64,000 nucleotides of DNA, taken from positions 160,136 to 224,135 of the forward strand of contig JALHFY010000001.1 in NCBI GenBank assembly GCA_022837635.1, in the 5' to 3' direction. Below, piece after piece: positions 55,264 to 64,000 of this stretch (the stretch's first letter is position 1; each line of letters opens with the position of its first letter). Made by a program: the position numbers and the translations under genes. The stretch comes from Candidatus Shapirobacteria bacterium. Lineage in GTDB: Bacteria > Patescibacteriota > Microgenomatia > UBA12405. The notes below the pieces were generated by a model. The model was not told the DNA's origin and made no database searches. It was given only the letters and a program-made list of their open reading frames with translations.

Positions 55264-57507
55264 ATGAAAATTTTTAGATTGATTTTTTTGTTCTGTGTAT
55301 TATTTTTAGTTAGTGTTTCAAGTGCTTATGCAGCTGATTACTTTATAGATGATTTTAACATTAGGGATGAGAACAAATGGAGTTATGTAGAAAACGGAGG
55401 AACAATTTTATTTGAAAACGGCAAAATGCAATTAAGTAGTTCTTCTCTTAATTTTCCTTATATTACTAATTCTGAAGTAGAGGTATTTAATGATAAGGAT
55501 GAAGTGTTTGTAGAGTTTAACTTTGATTATCTTAGCACTGGTTTTATGGGTAATGGTATAGGTATTGGGTATACAGGAAGTAATGGTTATCCGTATTATC
55601 AAATAAGTGTATGGAATGACTTAACCTCTGGAATAGTTTTACAATATCAAGATGACAATGTTTCAAATGGAGGGAAATGTGATTATTCACAAGGTTTGAA
55701 AAAGAAGAAAATTGGTGAGTATCTTAACGCAAATTCTCTTGGAAATATTTTAAGGATTGAGAAACATGGAACTGCGTATACAGTTTATATAAATTCTGTT
55801 GAGGTACTTCAAACTCCTCAAAATCAATGTGTTCCCAAGAATATTTTTATAGGAAATCCCTTATCGGGAGGTGGAACTAATTGGACAAAGTTGAGTATAG
55901 ATAATATTAAGGTTTCAGACATATTACCTCCGTTAAAAACCAAAATCATTCTTCTACCTGGTTTGGGGGCGAGTTGGAACACAGAGGCAATGACGGTGGG
56001 TAGCACCCATGTCGATTCAAAATGGATAATGACACCTTTTGTAAAAAATTATGACAAACTAATTAGTGCTTTTGAAAGTAATTCTTTGGTACGAGGACAA
56101 GATTATTATGTCTGGAATTATGACTGGCGCAAACCTCTATCTCAAATAGTGGCCGATTTTGACACTTTTGTAACCAGTCTTAATTTAGGTGAAAACGAAA
56201 AATTAAATTTAGTAGGTCATTCTCTAGGTGGTTTGGTAGCCAGACTATGGACGCAGGATCATGGAGAAAAGGTTAACAAGACTGTGACTTTAGGAAGTCC
56301 GCATTATGGTTCAGTAAAAGCTTATTTGGCTTGGAATGGGTTGAAATTTGGGGACAACAGTGCAGCCAATATTGCTTTGAATGTGTTTTTAGGACTGAAA
56401 AATGGTGGGGTGAAGGTAAAGAATCTACGGGAATTTGCCCCGATAGTATTTGATTTAAATCCAACTTTTTCTTTTTTAAGAAAAAATGGTAATTCTATTG
56501 TTTCGGCTTCAAGTCAATATTTACAGGAGATGAATAATGGGGTGAATTTGATTAATCCCCTCTTGGTGACTGTGGATGGAGTGGGGGTGGATACACTCAA
56601 TGGAATTAGTTTAGGAGAGAGAACTATGTTTGATAAAATCTTTGGAGTGTGGGAAGAAGGTCGGCCGGTAGCTTATGAAAAATCGATAGGCGACGGGACA
56701 GTTTTGAAAAAAAGTGCTCTAGTGGAAGGCAGTAAAAATATAGAAAAGATTTCTAATCATGGGGATATTGTGGATAAAACTGTTAACGAAATTATGGATG
56801 AATTTGAATTAAACAGGCCGATAACTTTATTGAAAAGAGGGGTGGTTTTAGCGGCTAATCCGGAAATGTCAATATTCTTTACAGATCTTAATGGGGACAT
56901 GAAGGTAGTTTGTAATGGTGAAGAAAAAAGCGATATTGAAGGTTGGGTTTGGTTTGAAGGAGTTGATAGAGAAAATTGTAAAGCTTATTTTACTGGAGAA
57001 GAGAATTCTGAATACCGATTGGTGGCTGGAGGTGGTGATCAGTGGCAGACATTTAAGGGAGTTTTGGGTTCAGACGGACAATCTGAAATAAATTTGAATT
57101 CAAAAGATTTTTCTTGGCTGTTATTGAGACAAAAAGCTTCTGAGTTGAGAGCGACACAGATGATAGCGGCAATAGATAAAAAGAACATATTGACAACTAT
57201 CAATACCTATATTAATTTCAGGGCCAAGAATAAAAATTCGCAACATAGTGAAGAGATAATTGAATCATTAAAGGTGATTTTAGGATCCGAAAATAAGACC
57301 CAAGCAGAAATTGAAAGGCAGTATAGAGCTGCGAAAAATGCTAAAGTGGTAGCAGAAAGTAATTTGAGATTAATGGTTAGAAAAGGGATTAAGCCGAGTT
57401 TTTATTCATCATTGACCTATAATCAAGCCGAAGGATTAATGATGGAAGGAAAAAACTATGCAGCTAACTATCTGGCGGAGAAATTATATAAAATTATTTG
57501 GAGGTAG
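55264..57507 (+). CDS. Secreted alpha/beta-hydrolase lipase/esterase (family I.4-like GHSLGG) with N-terminal concanavalin/LamG-like domain
   Basis: Signal peptide MKIFRLIFLFCVLFLVSVSSAYA; PGLGASWN, LNLVGHSLGGLVARLW, VTLGSPHYGS (cf. Bacillus LipA AHSMGG / TLGGANRL). Confidence 0.55.
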   Translation: MKIFRLIFLFCVLFLVSVSSAYAADYFIDDFNIRDENKWSYVENGGTILFENGKMQLSSSSLNFPYITNSEVEVFNDKDEVFVEFNFDYLSTGFMGNGIGIGYTGSNGYPYYQISVWNDLTSGIVLQYQDDNVSNGGKCDYSQGLKKKKIGEYLNANSLGNILRIEKHGTAYTVYINSVEVLQTPQNQCVPKNIFIGNPLSGGGTNWTKLSIDNIKVSDILPPLKTKIILLPGLGASWNTEAMTVGSTHVDSKWIMTPFVKNYDKLISAFESNSLVRGQDYYVWNYDWRKPLSQIVADFDTFVTSLNLGENEKLNLVGHSLGGLVARLWTQDHGEKVNKTVTLGSPHYGSVKAYLAWNGLKFGDNSAANIALNVFLGLKNGGVKVKNLREFAPIVFDLNPTFSFLRKNGNSIVSASSQYLQEMNNGVNLINPLLVTVDGVGVDTLNGISLGERTMFDKIFGVWEEGRPVAYEKSIGDGTVLKKSALVEGSKNIEKISNHGDIVDKTVNEIMDEFELNRPITLLKRGVVLAANPEMSIFFTDLNGDMKVVCNGEEKSDIEGWVWFEGVDRENCKAYFTGEENSEYRLVAGGGDQWQTFKGVLGSDGQSEINLNSKDFSWLLLRQKASELRATQMIAAIDKKNILTTINTYINFRAKNKNSQHSEEIIESLKVILGSENKTQAEIERQYRAAKNAKVVAESNLRLMVRKGIKPSFYSSLTYNQAEGLMMEGKNYAANYLAEKLYKIIWR

Positions 57508-57581
57508 TGGTTGTTGCAGGACTTGAACCTGCGACCTCATCAATGTGAATGATGCGCTCTAACCAACTGAGCTAAACAACC
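57508..57581 (-). tRNA. tRNA-Val(CAC)
   Basis: Acceptor GGTTGTT/AACAACC, anticodon stem CATCA/TGATG loop TTCACAT; begins right after stop of upstream gene. Confidence 0.8.
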
Positions 57582-57658
57582 AGGTAGAAACTAATGAGGA
57601 ATTATAACTTAAAATTTAACGATTGTGATAGCGCCTCAAGAGGGGTAAACTGGAAAGT

Positions 57659-58237
57659 ATGAAATTTAGACAAGCTTTTTCTTTAGGTAGTTTTATTTTG
57701 GAGTTTGTACAGTCAATAGTGTTAGCGTTGTCAGTTTTTGTCTTGCTCTATCTCTTTGTAGTCCAGCCTAATGAGGTTAATGGAAATTCGATGGTACCCA
57801 ACTTTCAAAATCGAGAGAGAATTTTAACTGATAAGTTGAGTTATCAATTTGGTGAGCCTAAAAGAGGTGATGTGGTGGTGTTTAAGGCGCCGACCAGTGA
57901 ACCTTGTTCGGAAAATGAATGTGAATATATTAAAAGAATTATCGGTGTACCAGGTGATCGAGTTATGGTTTCCGGTGGACAAGTTTACTTAAATGGAGCC
58001 TTGTTGGAGCAGGATTTTTTGCCTGCTGATTTTGTGACTGAAGCAGGTTCTTTTGCCCAAGAAGGAATGGAGGTTGAGGTGCCGGAGGATAGTTATTTAG
58101 TTTTTGGAGATAATCGATCTCATTCTAGAGATGGACGAGAATTTGGTCCGATTCCGCGGAAATTAATTTTAGGTAAAGCTTTTTTCAGATATTGGCCTTT
58201 GAATGTAATTGGTTTACTGCCGAGTGTCAGTTTGTAG
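57659..58237 (+). CDS. lepB: Signal peptidase I
   Basis: GNSMVPNF (Ser), YIKRIIGVPGDRV (Lys), LVFGDNRSHSRDGR. Confidence 0.8.
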   Translation: MKFRQAFSLGSFILEFVQSIVLALSVFVLLYLFVVQPNEVNGNSMVPNFQNRERILTDKLSYQFGEPKRGDVVVFKAPTSEPCSENECEYIKRIIGVPGDRVMVSGGQVYLNGALLEQDFLPADFVTEAGSFAQEGMEVEVPEDSYLVFGDNRSHSRDGREFGPIPRKLILGKAFFRYWPLNVIGLLPSVSL

Positions 58238-59062
58238 TTCTTTATTACAGATTTGTTTATAGAGTTCACTAAGTTGTTGAAAACGGTCTTCAACTGGGCC
58301 TCGGAACTGAAAAACAACGCGAGTATAAATGTTGGTTTGAGAGACTTTAACTTGAGTAGTTTTATTTTTAAAAATGGAAGCCATATCTGAACCAATACTG
58401 TCGAGGCGCGATTTTAGGAATTGAGGGAGATTGTCTTTGGTAATAGGAATCTGCCCTTCTTCAATTTTTTGACGCATGCGACGGGCAATATCTTCAGCAC
58501 GACGAACTGAGGCATTCTCTTTAAGGACAATTTTATAGGCTTCAATCATGAGTCGAGTATCAAGAATGCTGCTGAGAGCTCGAGCATGACCTTCGGTGAT
58601 GAGGCCTGAGAGTAGACCGTCTTTGATAGCGTCAGGTAGATTCAAAAGCTTTAAGACATTGATAACATAAGGCACACTTTTACTAACTTTTTTAGCAATT
58701 TGATGGTTATTTAGGCCAAATTCTTCTTTAAGTCGAAGAAAGGCTTTAGCTCTTTCAATAGGGTTAAGGTCTTTTCTTTGGACATTTTCAACAATAGCCA
58801 TTTCCAACATTTGTTGAGGAGAAGTTTTTTTAATAATAGCTGGAACATGGGTAAGTTTTAGGAGTCGGGCAGCCCGCCAGCGACGTTCACCGGCGATAAT
58901 TTGAAAACCAGCCGGAGTTTCGGCAATAATCAAAGGTTCGAGGATGCCGTGTTCGCGGATGGATTCGACCAGTTCAGAGAGAGATTCGGGACTGATGATA
59001 CCACGAGGTTGGAGAGGGTTGGGTTCTAGTTGATTGGTAGGGATTTGAGAGACTTGCTTCAT
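58214..59062 (-). CDS. parB: Chromosome partitioning protein ParB/Spo0J
   Basis: ParB box IIAGERRWRAARL, HTH; 24-nt convergent overlap with lepB. Confidence 0.8.
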   Translation of the reverse strand: MKQVSQIPTNQLEPNPLQPRGIISPESLSELVESIREHGILEPLIIAETPAGFQIIAGERRWRAARLLKLTHVPAIIKKTSPQQMLEMAIVENVQRKDLNPIERAKAFLRLKEEFGLNNHQIAKKVSKSVPYVINVLKLLNLPDAIKDGLLSGLITEGHARALSSILDTRLMIEAYKIVLKENASVRRAEDIARRMRQKIEEGQIPITKDNLPQFLKSRLDSIGSDMASIFKNKTTQVKVSQTNIYTRVVFQFRGPVEDRFQQLSELYKQICNKELQTDTRQ

Positions 59063-59117
59063 AGTTAAAGGATACTATGAAAACCCCTGTGAAAAAATGG
59101 GATAAAGTGTATCAATT

Positions 59118-59369
59118 TTAGGCTTTGACGACAGAAACAAATTTTTTGCCTAATTTAGTGAAAAATTTGACGATACCGGGGCGAGTGGCGTAAATAGTGA
59201 AATCACGGCCAGTTTTAGTGCCGGTAGCGCTGTGAAATTTGGAACCGACTTGACGGACGATGATTTGTCCAACATCAATTTTTTGACCGCCGAATTTTTT
59301 AACCCCCCGTCTTTGTCCGGGACGATTAGATTTTTGGTTGGTTTTTCCCTGAGATTTAGTATGTGCCAT
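59118..59369 (-). CDS. rpmA: 50S ribosomal protein L27
   Basis: MAHTKSQGKTNQKSNRPGQRRGVKKFGGQ... Confidence 0.9.
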   Translation of the reverse strand: MAHTKSQGKTNQKSNRPGQRRGVKKFGGQKIDVGQIIVRQVGSKFHSATGTKTGRDFTIYATRPGIVKFFTKLGKKFVSVVKA

Positions 59370-59380
59370 GAAGTAAGTAG

Positions 59381-59686
59381 TTAATAGTTAATTTTAGTAA
59401 TCTTAATGTCAGTGAGTTGAGGACGGAAGCCTTTAGTTTTACGATAGCGAGATTTGGCTTTGTAGGTAGAGACTCTCAGTTTTTTACCTTGATAGTCTTT
59501 GGTAATTTCAAAGTTAACAGAAGCACCTTTGAGATAAGGTTGACCAATTTTGACTTTGTCGCCATCGACAATCAACAAAACTTCTGTACAGGATTTACTT
59601 TTAGGATCCAATTTATCTACAGTAATGAGTTGATCTTCTTGGACCAGATATTGAGTGCCGGAAAGGGCAATAACCGCATATTTCAT
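59381..59686 (-). CDS. rplU: 50S ribosomal protein L21
   Basis: MKYAVIALSGTQYLVQE... Confidence 0.9.
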   Translation of the reverse strand: MKYAVIALSGTQYLVQEDQLITVDKLDPKSKSCTEVLLIVDGDKVKIGQPYLKGASVNFEITKDYQGKKLRVSTYKAKSRYRKTKGFRPQLTDIKITKINY

Positions 59687-59714
59687 ACTTGTCGATTATA
59701 TCACAGGGCGGATT

Positions 59715-60710
59715 TTATGCAGAATAGATAATCCCCAAAGAAAAGAGAAGAGCGATAACAGAAGAACCACCCACAGACATAAAAGGTAGAGGGATACCGG
59801 TGACCGGTAGAATGCCGATATTCATGCCGATATTAATAAAGGTTTGAGCCCAAATTTCAAAAGCAATTCCCAGAGTAAATAAAAAGAGAGCCAAGTTGTT
59901 AGTGGTATTAAAAGCTTTCTTGAAAAGAGTTTCGATGATAATAAAATAAGCTAGGAGAATAATCACTACAGCTAATAATCCTAGTTCTTCAGCAGTGGCT
60001 GAAAAGATAAAATCAGTGTGCTTTTCAGGTAAATAGAGAAGTTGTCCTTGGGTGCCTTTACGGTAGCCTTTACCTAAAATTCCACCTGAACCAATAGCGA
60101 TTTGAGCCTGAATTAAATTATAACCATCACCTAAGGGGTCTGATTGAGGATTAAGAAAACTTTTAATACGGTCCCGTTGATAAGGTTTCAGGACGACACC
60201 ATAGATGAGTGGGGCGGTAAAAATAAGTAGAATTAGTGATAGGATAGCTAGTTTTAATAATTTTTTGTTGTAAAGAACTAGAGGAGTAATGAGAATAAAA
60301 ACGCTCATAGCACTACCTAAATCTGGCTGCATCATGATAATAGCTACCGGTATTAGGTGTAATAAAGGGACAGTAGTAGTTGATAAAAATAACATTAGAG
60401 GTCCTTTGACGATTTCACTAGGTTGAATGGAAAAAGGACCGATATAGAGCCAACGTCGGGATCCTCGAGTGAAGGTACTGATGATAATTGGGGCTAAAAC
60501 TAAAAGACAAGAAACAATAAAGAAAAAGGTGCCGGTAGATCGGTTTTGTTTGGGATTTATCTGAGTACCGACTAAAAACAAAATGATGCCTACTCCCCAA
60601 GAAAGCAGTTGTTTCCAAAAAAGAGTCGGGGCTAGAGAGCTAATCATCAACAAATTAAAAGAAAAGAGTATTAGTAGGGCAAAGGTGAGGCGTTTGGGTA
60701 ACAATCTCAT
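59715..60710 (-). CDS. SEDS family peptidoglycan glycosyltransferase (RodA/FtsW)
   Basis: 331 aa polytopic; conserved periplasmic loop GSGGILGKGYRKGTQGQLLYLPEKHTDFIFS. Confidence 0.75.
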   Translation of the reverse strand: MRLLPKRLTFALLILFSFNLLMISSLAPTLFWKQLLSWGVGIILFLVGTQINPKQNRSTGTFFFIVSCLLVLAPIIISTFTRGSRRWLYIGPFSIQPSEIVKGPLMLFLSTTTVPLLHLIPVAIIMMQPDLGSAMSVFILITPLVLYNKKLLKLAILSLILLIFTAPLIYGVVLKPYQRDRIKSFLNPQSDPLGDGYNLIQAQIAIGSGGILGKGYRKGTQGQLLYLPEKHTDFIFSATAEELGLLAVVIILLAYFIIIETLFKKAFNTTNNLALFLFTLGIAFEIWAQTFINIGMNIGILPVTGIPLPFMSVGGSSVIALLFSLGIIYSA

Positions 60711-63475
60711 GAACTTTTAGTGATAGAGAGAGTCTCTCCTAGAGAAATGGAGTCAGCTAGAGTTTTTTCTAAAATTTGAGATTCAAAAGCTTTTGGCCAA
60801 CTAGGGGCGGTAATGGTAATTCGGTCTGATAATTGAAGATTCTGTTCTTTTCTGAGAACTTGAATGTTTCTGACCAAATCGCGATATTCACCTTCAGCAA
60901 TTAATTCTGGAGTTAAGTTGGTGTCCAAATGTACTGATAAGTTGGTTGATTTTTCTTGAAACTGGACAGTTTTAACATTAACTTCATCGGCAATGATTTG
61001 TAAAAGTGAGGCATCTAGGCTGTGAGGAGCTTGAAAAGTGAGAGTGGCTAAAGGTTGACGGAGTTTGAGATTAGCAAGCTGTCTTTGAGCATGACCCAGT
61101 TGACAAATTTTTCGAACTAGGTCCATATTTGATTCTAAAGTTTCGTCAATTAGATGTTCATCAAATTGTGGCCAAGACAATAAATGGATTGAGTTTTTTT
61201 CACCAAGATTTTGGAAAAAAGTTTCAGCCAAAAAGGGCATGAAAGGGGCCAACACTAAACTGAGAGTTCTGAAAATATAGTAAAGCAAATCGAGATTATC
61301 ATGGCGATCACGGGAACGGCGGATATACCAAGTAGAGAGGTCGGTAACAAAAGTTTCGATGACTGAAGTGGCTTTGGAGGTGTTGAATTTATCTAAAGAT
61401 TGGGTGGTAATTTTGAGAGTTTGGTTAAAACGAGAGAGTAACCAGCGATCTAAAGGTAAGGTGAATTTTTTAGGGTCAAAGGTAGAGGGTTGCCATTGAT
61501 CTTGATTGGCGCGTTGAGTGAAGAAGCGGTAAGAATTCCAGAGAATTAGCAAAAAGTCACGTTTGACTTGGTCGGCGGTGGAATAACCAAAATTAACTTT
61601 AGTAAAAGCTTTTTGTTGACAATAGAGCCAACGCATGGGATCGGCGCCGATTTTAGCGACAGCCTCATAATAAGGGATGCCATTGCCTTTGGTTTTATGA
61701 ATAATTTCCCCTTTGTCATCACGGACTTCACCGTGGGTGACCACATTGAGATAAGGAGCTTGATTTTCTAAAGTGACGCCAAAGAAAAGTAGAGAATAAA
61801 ACCAGAGACGGATTTGTTCGGTCATTTCCAGAACCAGCTCTGCCGGGAACCATTTTTGCCAATAAGCTTTATCTTCAAGATATTTAAGAGTAGAAAAAGG
61901 CACAACTCCGGCATCAAGCCAAACATCGCCAACGTCGGGGATACGTTTAACAGCTTGACCGCATTTAGGACATTTAATTTCGATGGTATCAATCCAAGGG
62001 CGGTGGAGTGATGGGAGCTTGTCAACCAGTTGGGGGTCAACAGCCAGGGATTTTAATTCTTCCTTGGAGCCGATAACAGTTAGTTGACCACAATCACATT
62101 CATAAAAAGGCAAGGCCAGACCATAAAAACGTTTGCGGTTGATAAGCCAATTTTCCATGGTGTCAAGCCAATTTTGCATGCGTCGACCAGCAAATTTGGG
62201 TTGCCAATTAACTTTTTTAGCGGCTTCTTTGAGTAATGGTTTGATTTGATGGGTATCAATGAACCAAGAATCTTCCAGTCGAAAGAGACATTTGGTTTTA
62301 CAGCGCCAGCAGTGGGGATAACGGTGGGTAATTTCCTCACTTTTGAAAAATAAATTTTTCTGTTTTAAGTAATCAATGACTTGTTGGTTAACATCATGAG
62401 CATAAAGTCCACTCAAATCGCCGTAACCCGGTAAGAAGTGACCGGTGCTGTCAAGAGGTGCCAACATAGGTACCTTTAATTTTTTACCTAATTCAAAATC
62501 GGCTTGACCGCAGCCAGGGGCAATGTGAACGACACCTGTCCCCTCTTCTGGGTTGACTTCAGGCCAGGAGGTAATAAAGTGTTTGATGTCTTTTTGAGCG
62601 GGAATATCATAGAGAGATTCATATTCCAGGTTGATTAAATCTTGCCCATTTACAGGTGAATACTGTTTGATACCTAAGCGGTCGGCGGCGATTTTGGCCA
62701 AATAAAGAATTTCATTATCAATTTCGGCTTTGACGTATTCAAACTCAGGATTAATAGCCAAGAGGATGTTGGCAGACAAGGTCCAAGGAGTGGTGGTCCA
62801 GGCCAAAACATATTCATTTTGACGATTTTTTAATTTGAATTTGAGATAAACAGAGGTGTCGGTGTCAGTTTGGTAACCGTCAGCTTCTTCATGTTGGGAG
62901 AGACCGGTTTCGCAACGTGGGCACCAAGTAACAGCACTTTTTTCTTTGACCAACCAACCTTTTTCATGAACTTTTTTAAGGAAATGCCAAATGTAGAGAT
63001 TGTTGGTGGTGGAATTGGTGTAATAGGAATTGGGCCAGTCCATGAACATACCCAAGCGAATTGATTGTTCGGTTTGGATTTTAGAAAACTTGTCCACTCG
63101 AGCCAGACAGGCTTGAGTGAATTTTTCCATACCAAAATCAAGAATATCTTTTTTGGAATTGAAACCAGCTTCTTTTTCCACCTCGACTTCAACCCACAAA
63201 CCTTGACAATCAAAACCGTTTTGGAAGCGTTGAGCAAAACCTTGAGCATTTTTATAACGTTGAAAAACGTCTTTTAAGGTACGGCCACGGGCGTGATGGA
63301 CTCCCATGGGATTGTTGGCGGTTAGAGGGCCGTCAATAAAAGAAAAGTTTTTTTCTGATTGATCATTCTTATGAAGGTATTGATTGAGGATATCGTTTTC
63401 CTGCCACCATTTGAGGACGGCGAGTTCTTGTTCATCAAAATTAGGTTGATTCGGTAGATTCTTAAAGAAAGCCAT
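60707..63475 (-). CDS. ileS: Isoleucine--tRNA ligase (class I aaRS; Ile favoured over Val/Leu)
   Basis: 922 aa; N-terminal KNLPNQPNFDEQELAVLKWW (IleRS LNLPKTxFPMRG...W), HIGH-like PMGVHHARG, CP1 editing region, Zn knuckles CPRC/CWRC, degenerate KMSKS (HKTKGNG). Confidence 0.65.
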   Translation of the reverse strand: MAFFKNLPNQPNFDEQELAVLKWWQENDILNQYLHKNDQSEKNFSFIDGPLTANNPMGVHHARGRTLKDVFQRYKNAQGFAQRFQNGFDCQGLWVEVEVEKEAGFNSKKDILDFGMEKFTQACLARVDKFSKIQTEQSIRLGMFMDWPNSYYTNSTTNNLYIWHFLKKVHEKGWLVKEKSAVTWCPRCETGLSQHEEADGYQTDTDTSVYLKFKLKNRQNEYVLAWTTTPWTLSANILLAINPEFEYVKAEIDNEILYLAKIAADRLGIKQYSPVNGQDLINLEYESLYDIPAQKDIKHFITSWPEVNPEEGTGVVHIAPGCGQADFELGKKLKVPMLAPLDSTGHFLPGYGDLSGLYAHDVNQQVIDYLKQKNLFFKSEEITHRYPHCWRCKTKCLFRLEDSWFIDTHQIKPLLKEAAKKVNWQPKFAGRRMQNWLDTMENWLINRKRFYGLALPFYECDCGQLTVIGSKEELKSLAVDPQLVDKLPSLHRPWIDTIEIKCPKCGQAVKRIPDVGDVWLDAGVVPFSTLKYLEDKAYWQKWFPAELVLEMTEQIRLWFYSLLFFGVTLENQAPYLNVVTHGEVRDDKGEIIHKTKGNGIPYYEAVAKIGADPMRWLYCQQKAFTKVNFGYSTADQVKRDFLLILWNSYRFFTQRANQDQWQPSTFDPKKFTLPLDRWLLSRFNQTLKITTQSLDKFNTSKATSVIETFVTDLSTWYIRRSRDRHDNLDLLYYIFRTLSLVLAPFMPFLAETFFQNLGEKNSIHLLSWPQFDEHLIDETLESNMDLVRKICQLGHAQRQLANLKLRQPLATLTFQAPHSLDASLLQIIADEVNVKTVQFQEKSTNLSVHLDTNLTPELIAEGEYRDLVRNIQVLRKEQNLQLSDRITITAPSWPKAFESQILEKTLADSISLGETLSITKSS

Positions 63476-63493
63476 GCTGTATTTTAATATATC

Positions 63494-64000
63494 TTAGTTG
63501 TTTTTACGAAGGAAGGCGGGGATATCAAATTCAGTTTCAATTTCCACACCTTCGGGAACCTCTTGGTCTTCCATGAGAGTTTTAAGTCCGGGATCAATTT
63601 CGGTTTTAGTTGCTTCAAGGGAAAGATCGGAATTATCTTCAATGAGAGTTTCTTGGAGAGGGGCAGCGGCTTTTTTGAAAGTGTTATAAAAACGAGCTTT
63701 ATTGGGATCAAAACCGGTGGCAATGACAGTGACTTTAATTTTGTCCTTAAGTTCGGGATCAATTGAGGCTCCAAAAATAACATTAGCGTCGGGAGCGACA
63801 TGAGCGGTAATGCTTTTGGCGGATTCTTCAATTTCAGCCATGGTTAAATCAGGTCCACCGGTAATATTGATTAAGACTCCCCTAGCACCATCGATATCGA
63901 CTTCAACCAAAGGCGAATCGATAGCAGCTTCGACGGCAGCTCTGGCTTTGTCGGGACCTTCGGCCTCTCCTACTCCCATTAGGGCTGAGCCAGCATTGGC
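63494..64000 (-). CDS. ftsZ: Cell division protein FtsZ (3' part; gene continues beyond window end)
   Basis: GVLINITGGPDLTMAEIEESA, VTVIATGFD, acidic C-terminal tail DIPAFLRK; reading frame open to position 64000. Confidence 0.8.
   Translation of the reverse strand, partial: ANAGSALMGVGEAEGPDKARAAVEAAIDSPLVEVDIDGARGVLINITGGPDLTMAEIEESAKSITAHVAPDANVIFGASIDPELKDKIKVTVIATGFDPNKARFYNTFKKAAAPLQETLIEDNSDLSLEATKTEIDPGLKTLMEDQEVPEGVEIETEFDIPAFLRKNN

Noticed and set aside
58214-59117. parS site (TGTTTCACGTGAAACA-like) near parB
   Set aside because: There is no 16-bp parS-like palindrome within or around parB. The nearest similarity (GTGAAACG at 49022) is isolated.
63494-64000. Higher GC of the ftsZ fragment as evidence of foreign origin
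   Set aside because: Highly expressed, conserved core genes (ftsZ, recG, ribosomal proteins) are generally GC-richer than accessory genes in AT-rich genomes. This is not an anomaly.

Overview
This 64 kb window looks like a chromosomal segment of a small, AT-rich bacterial genome of reduced (CPR/Patescibacteria-like) style. The evidence is shortened core proteins (trigger factor without a PPIase domain, a short PheT and ThrRS), a PolX polymerase, a eukaryote/archaea-type DRG GTPase, a giant surface adhesin and very high tRNA density. Standard genetic code. Core content I can support: rnc-nusB-rpmF, recG, class A PBP, and the conserved thrS-infC-rpmI-rplT-pheS-pheT operon with a terminator/attenuator-like hairpin directly upstream of pheS. 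Also present are efp, a truncated trigger factor, tgt, a MiaB-like radical SAM enzyme, lexA, rsmI, ppsA, lgt, rplS, dnaE, htpX-lemA, ndk, lepB, parB, rplU-rpmA, a SEDS protein, ileS and a partial ftsZ at the 3' edge. There are 20 tRNA genes in five clusters. The densest is an array of 10 tRNAs between 26.5 and 28.3 kb with an orphan AT-rich ORF embedded in it. Accessory-looking content: (1) a low-GC module of a GT-C glycosyltransferase, an FGE/SUMF1-like protein and an LpxC-family deacetylase (ATGA start/stop overlap), ending on tRNA-Val; (2) a 1534-aa surface protein with DUF285/BspA-type repeats, cadherin/Ig-like domains, FN3, LysM and a TM anchor; (3) a glycan-type cluster of an O-antigen-ligase-like protein, GT2, a very AT-rich GT4 and a secreted lectin-lipase; (4) degenerate tRNA-derived repeats beside tRNA-Arg and a partial tRNA-Gln 5' duplication carrying a 32-nt GC-rich insertion; (5) a dispersed TAGATAA-type intergenic repeat; (6) a methyltransferase that appears frameshifted near an A7 run. 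I found no CRISPR array, transposase, integrase or rRNA. All calls rest on motif recognition by eye, and coordinates of short features may be off by a few bases.
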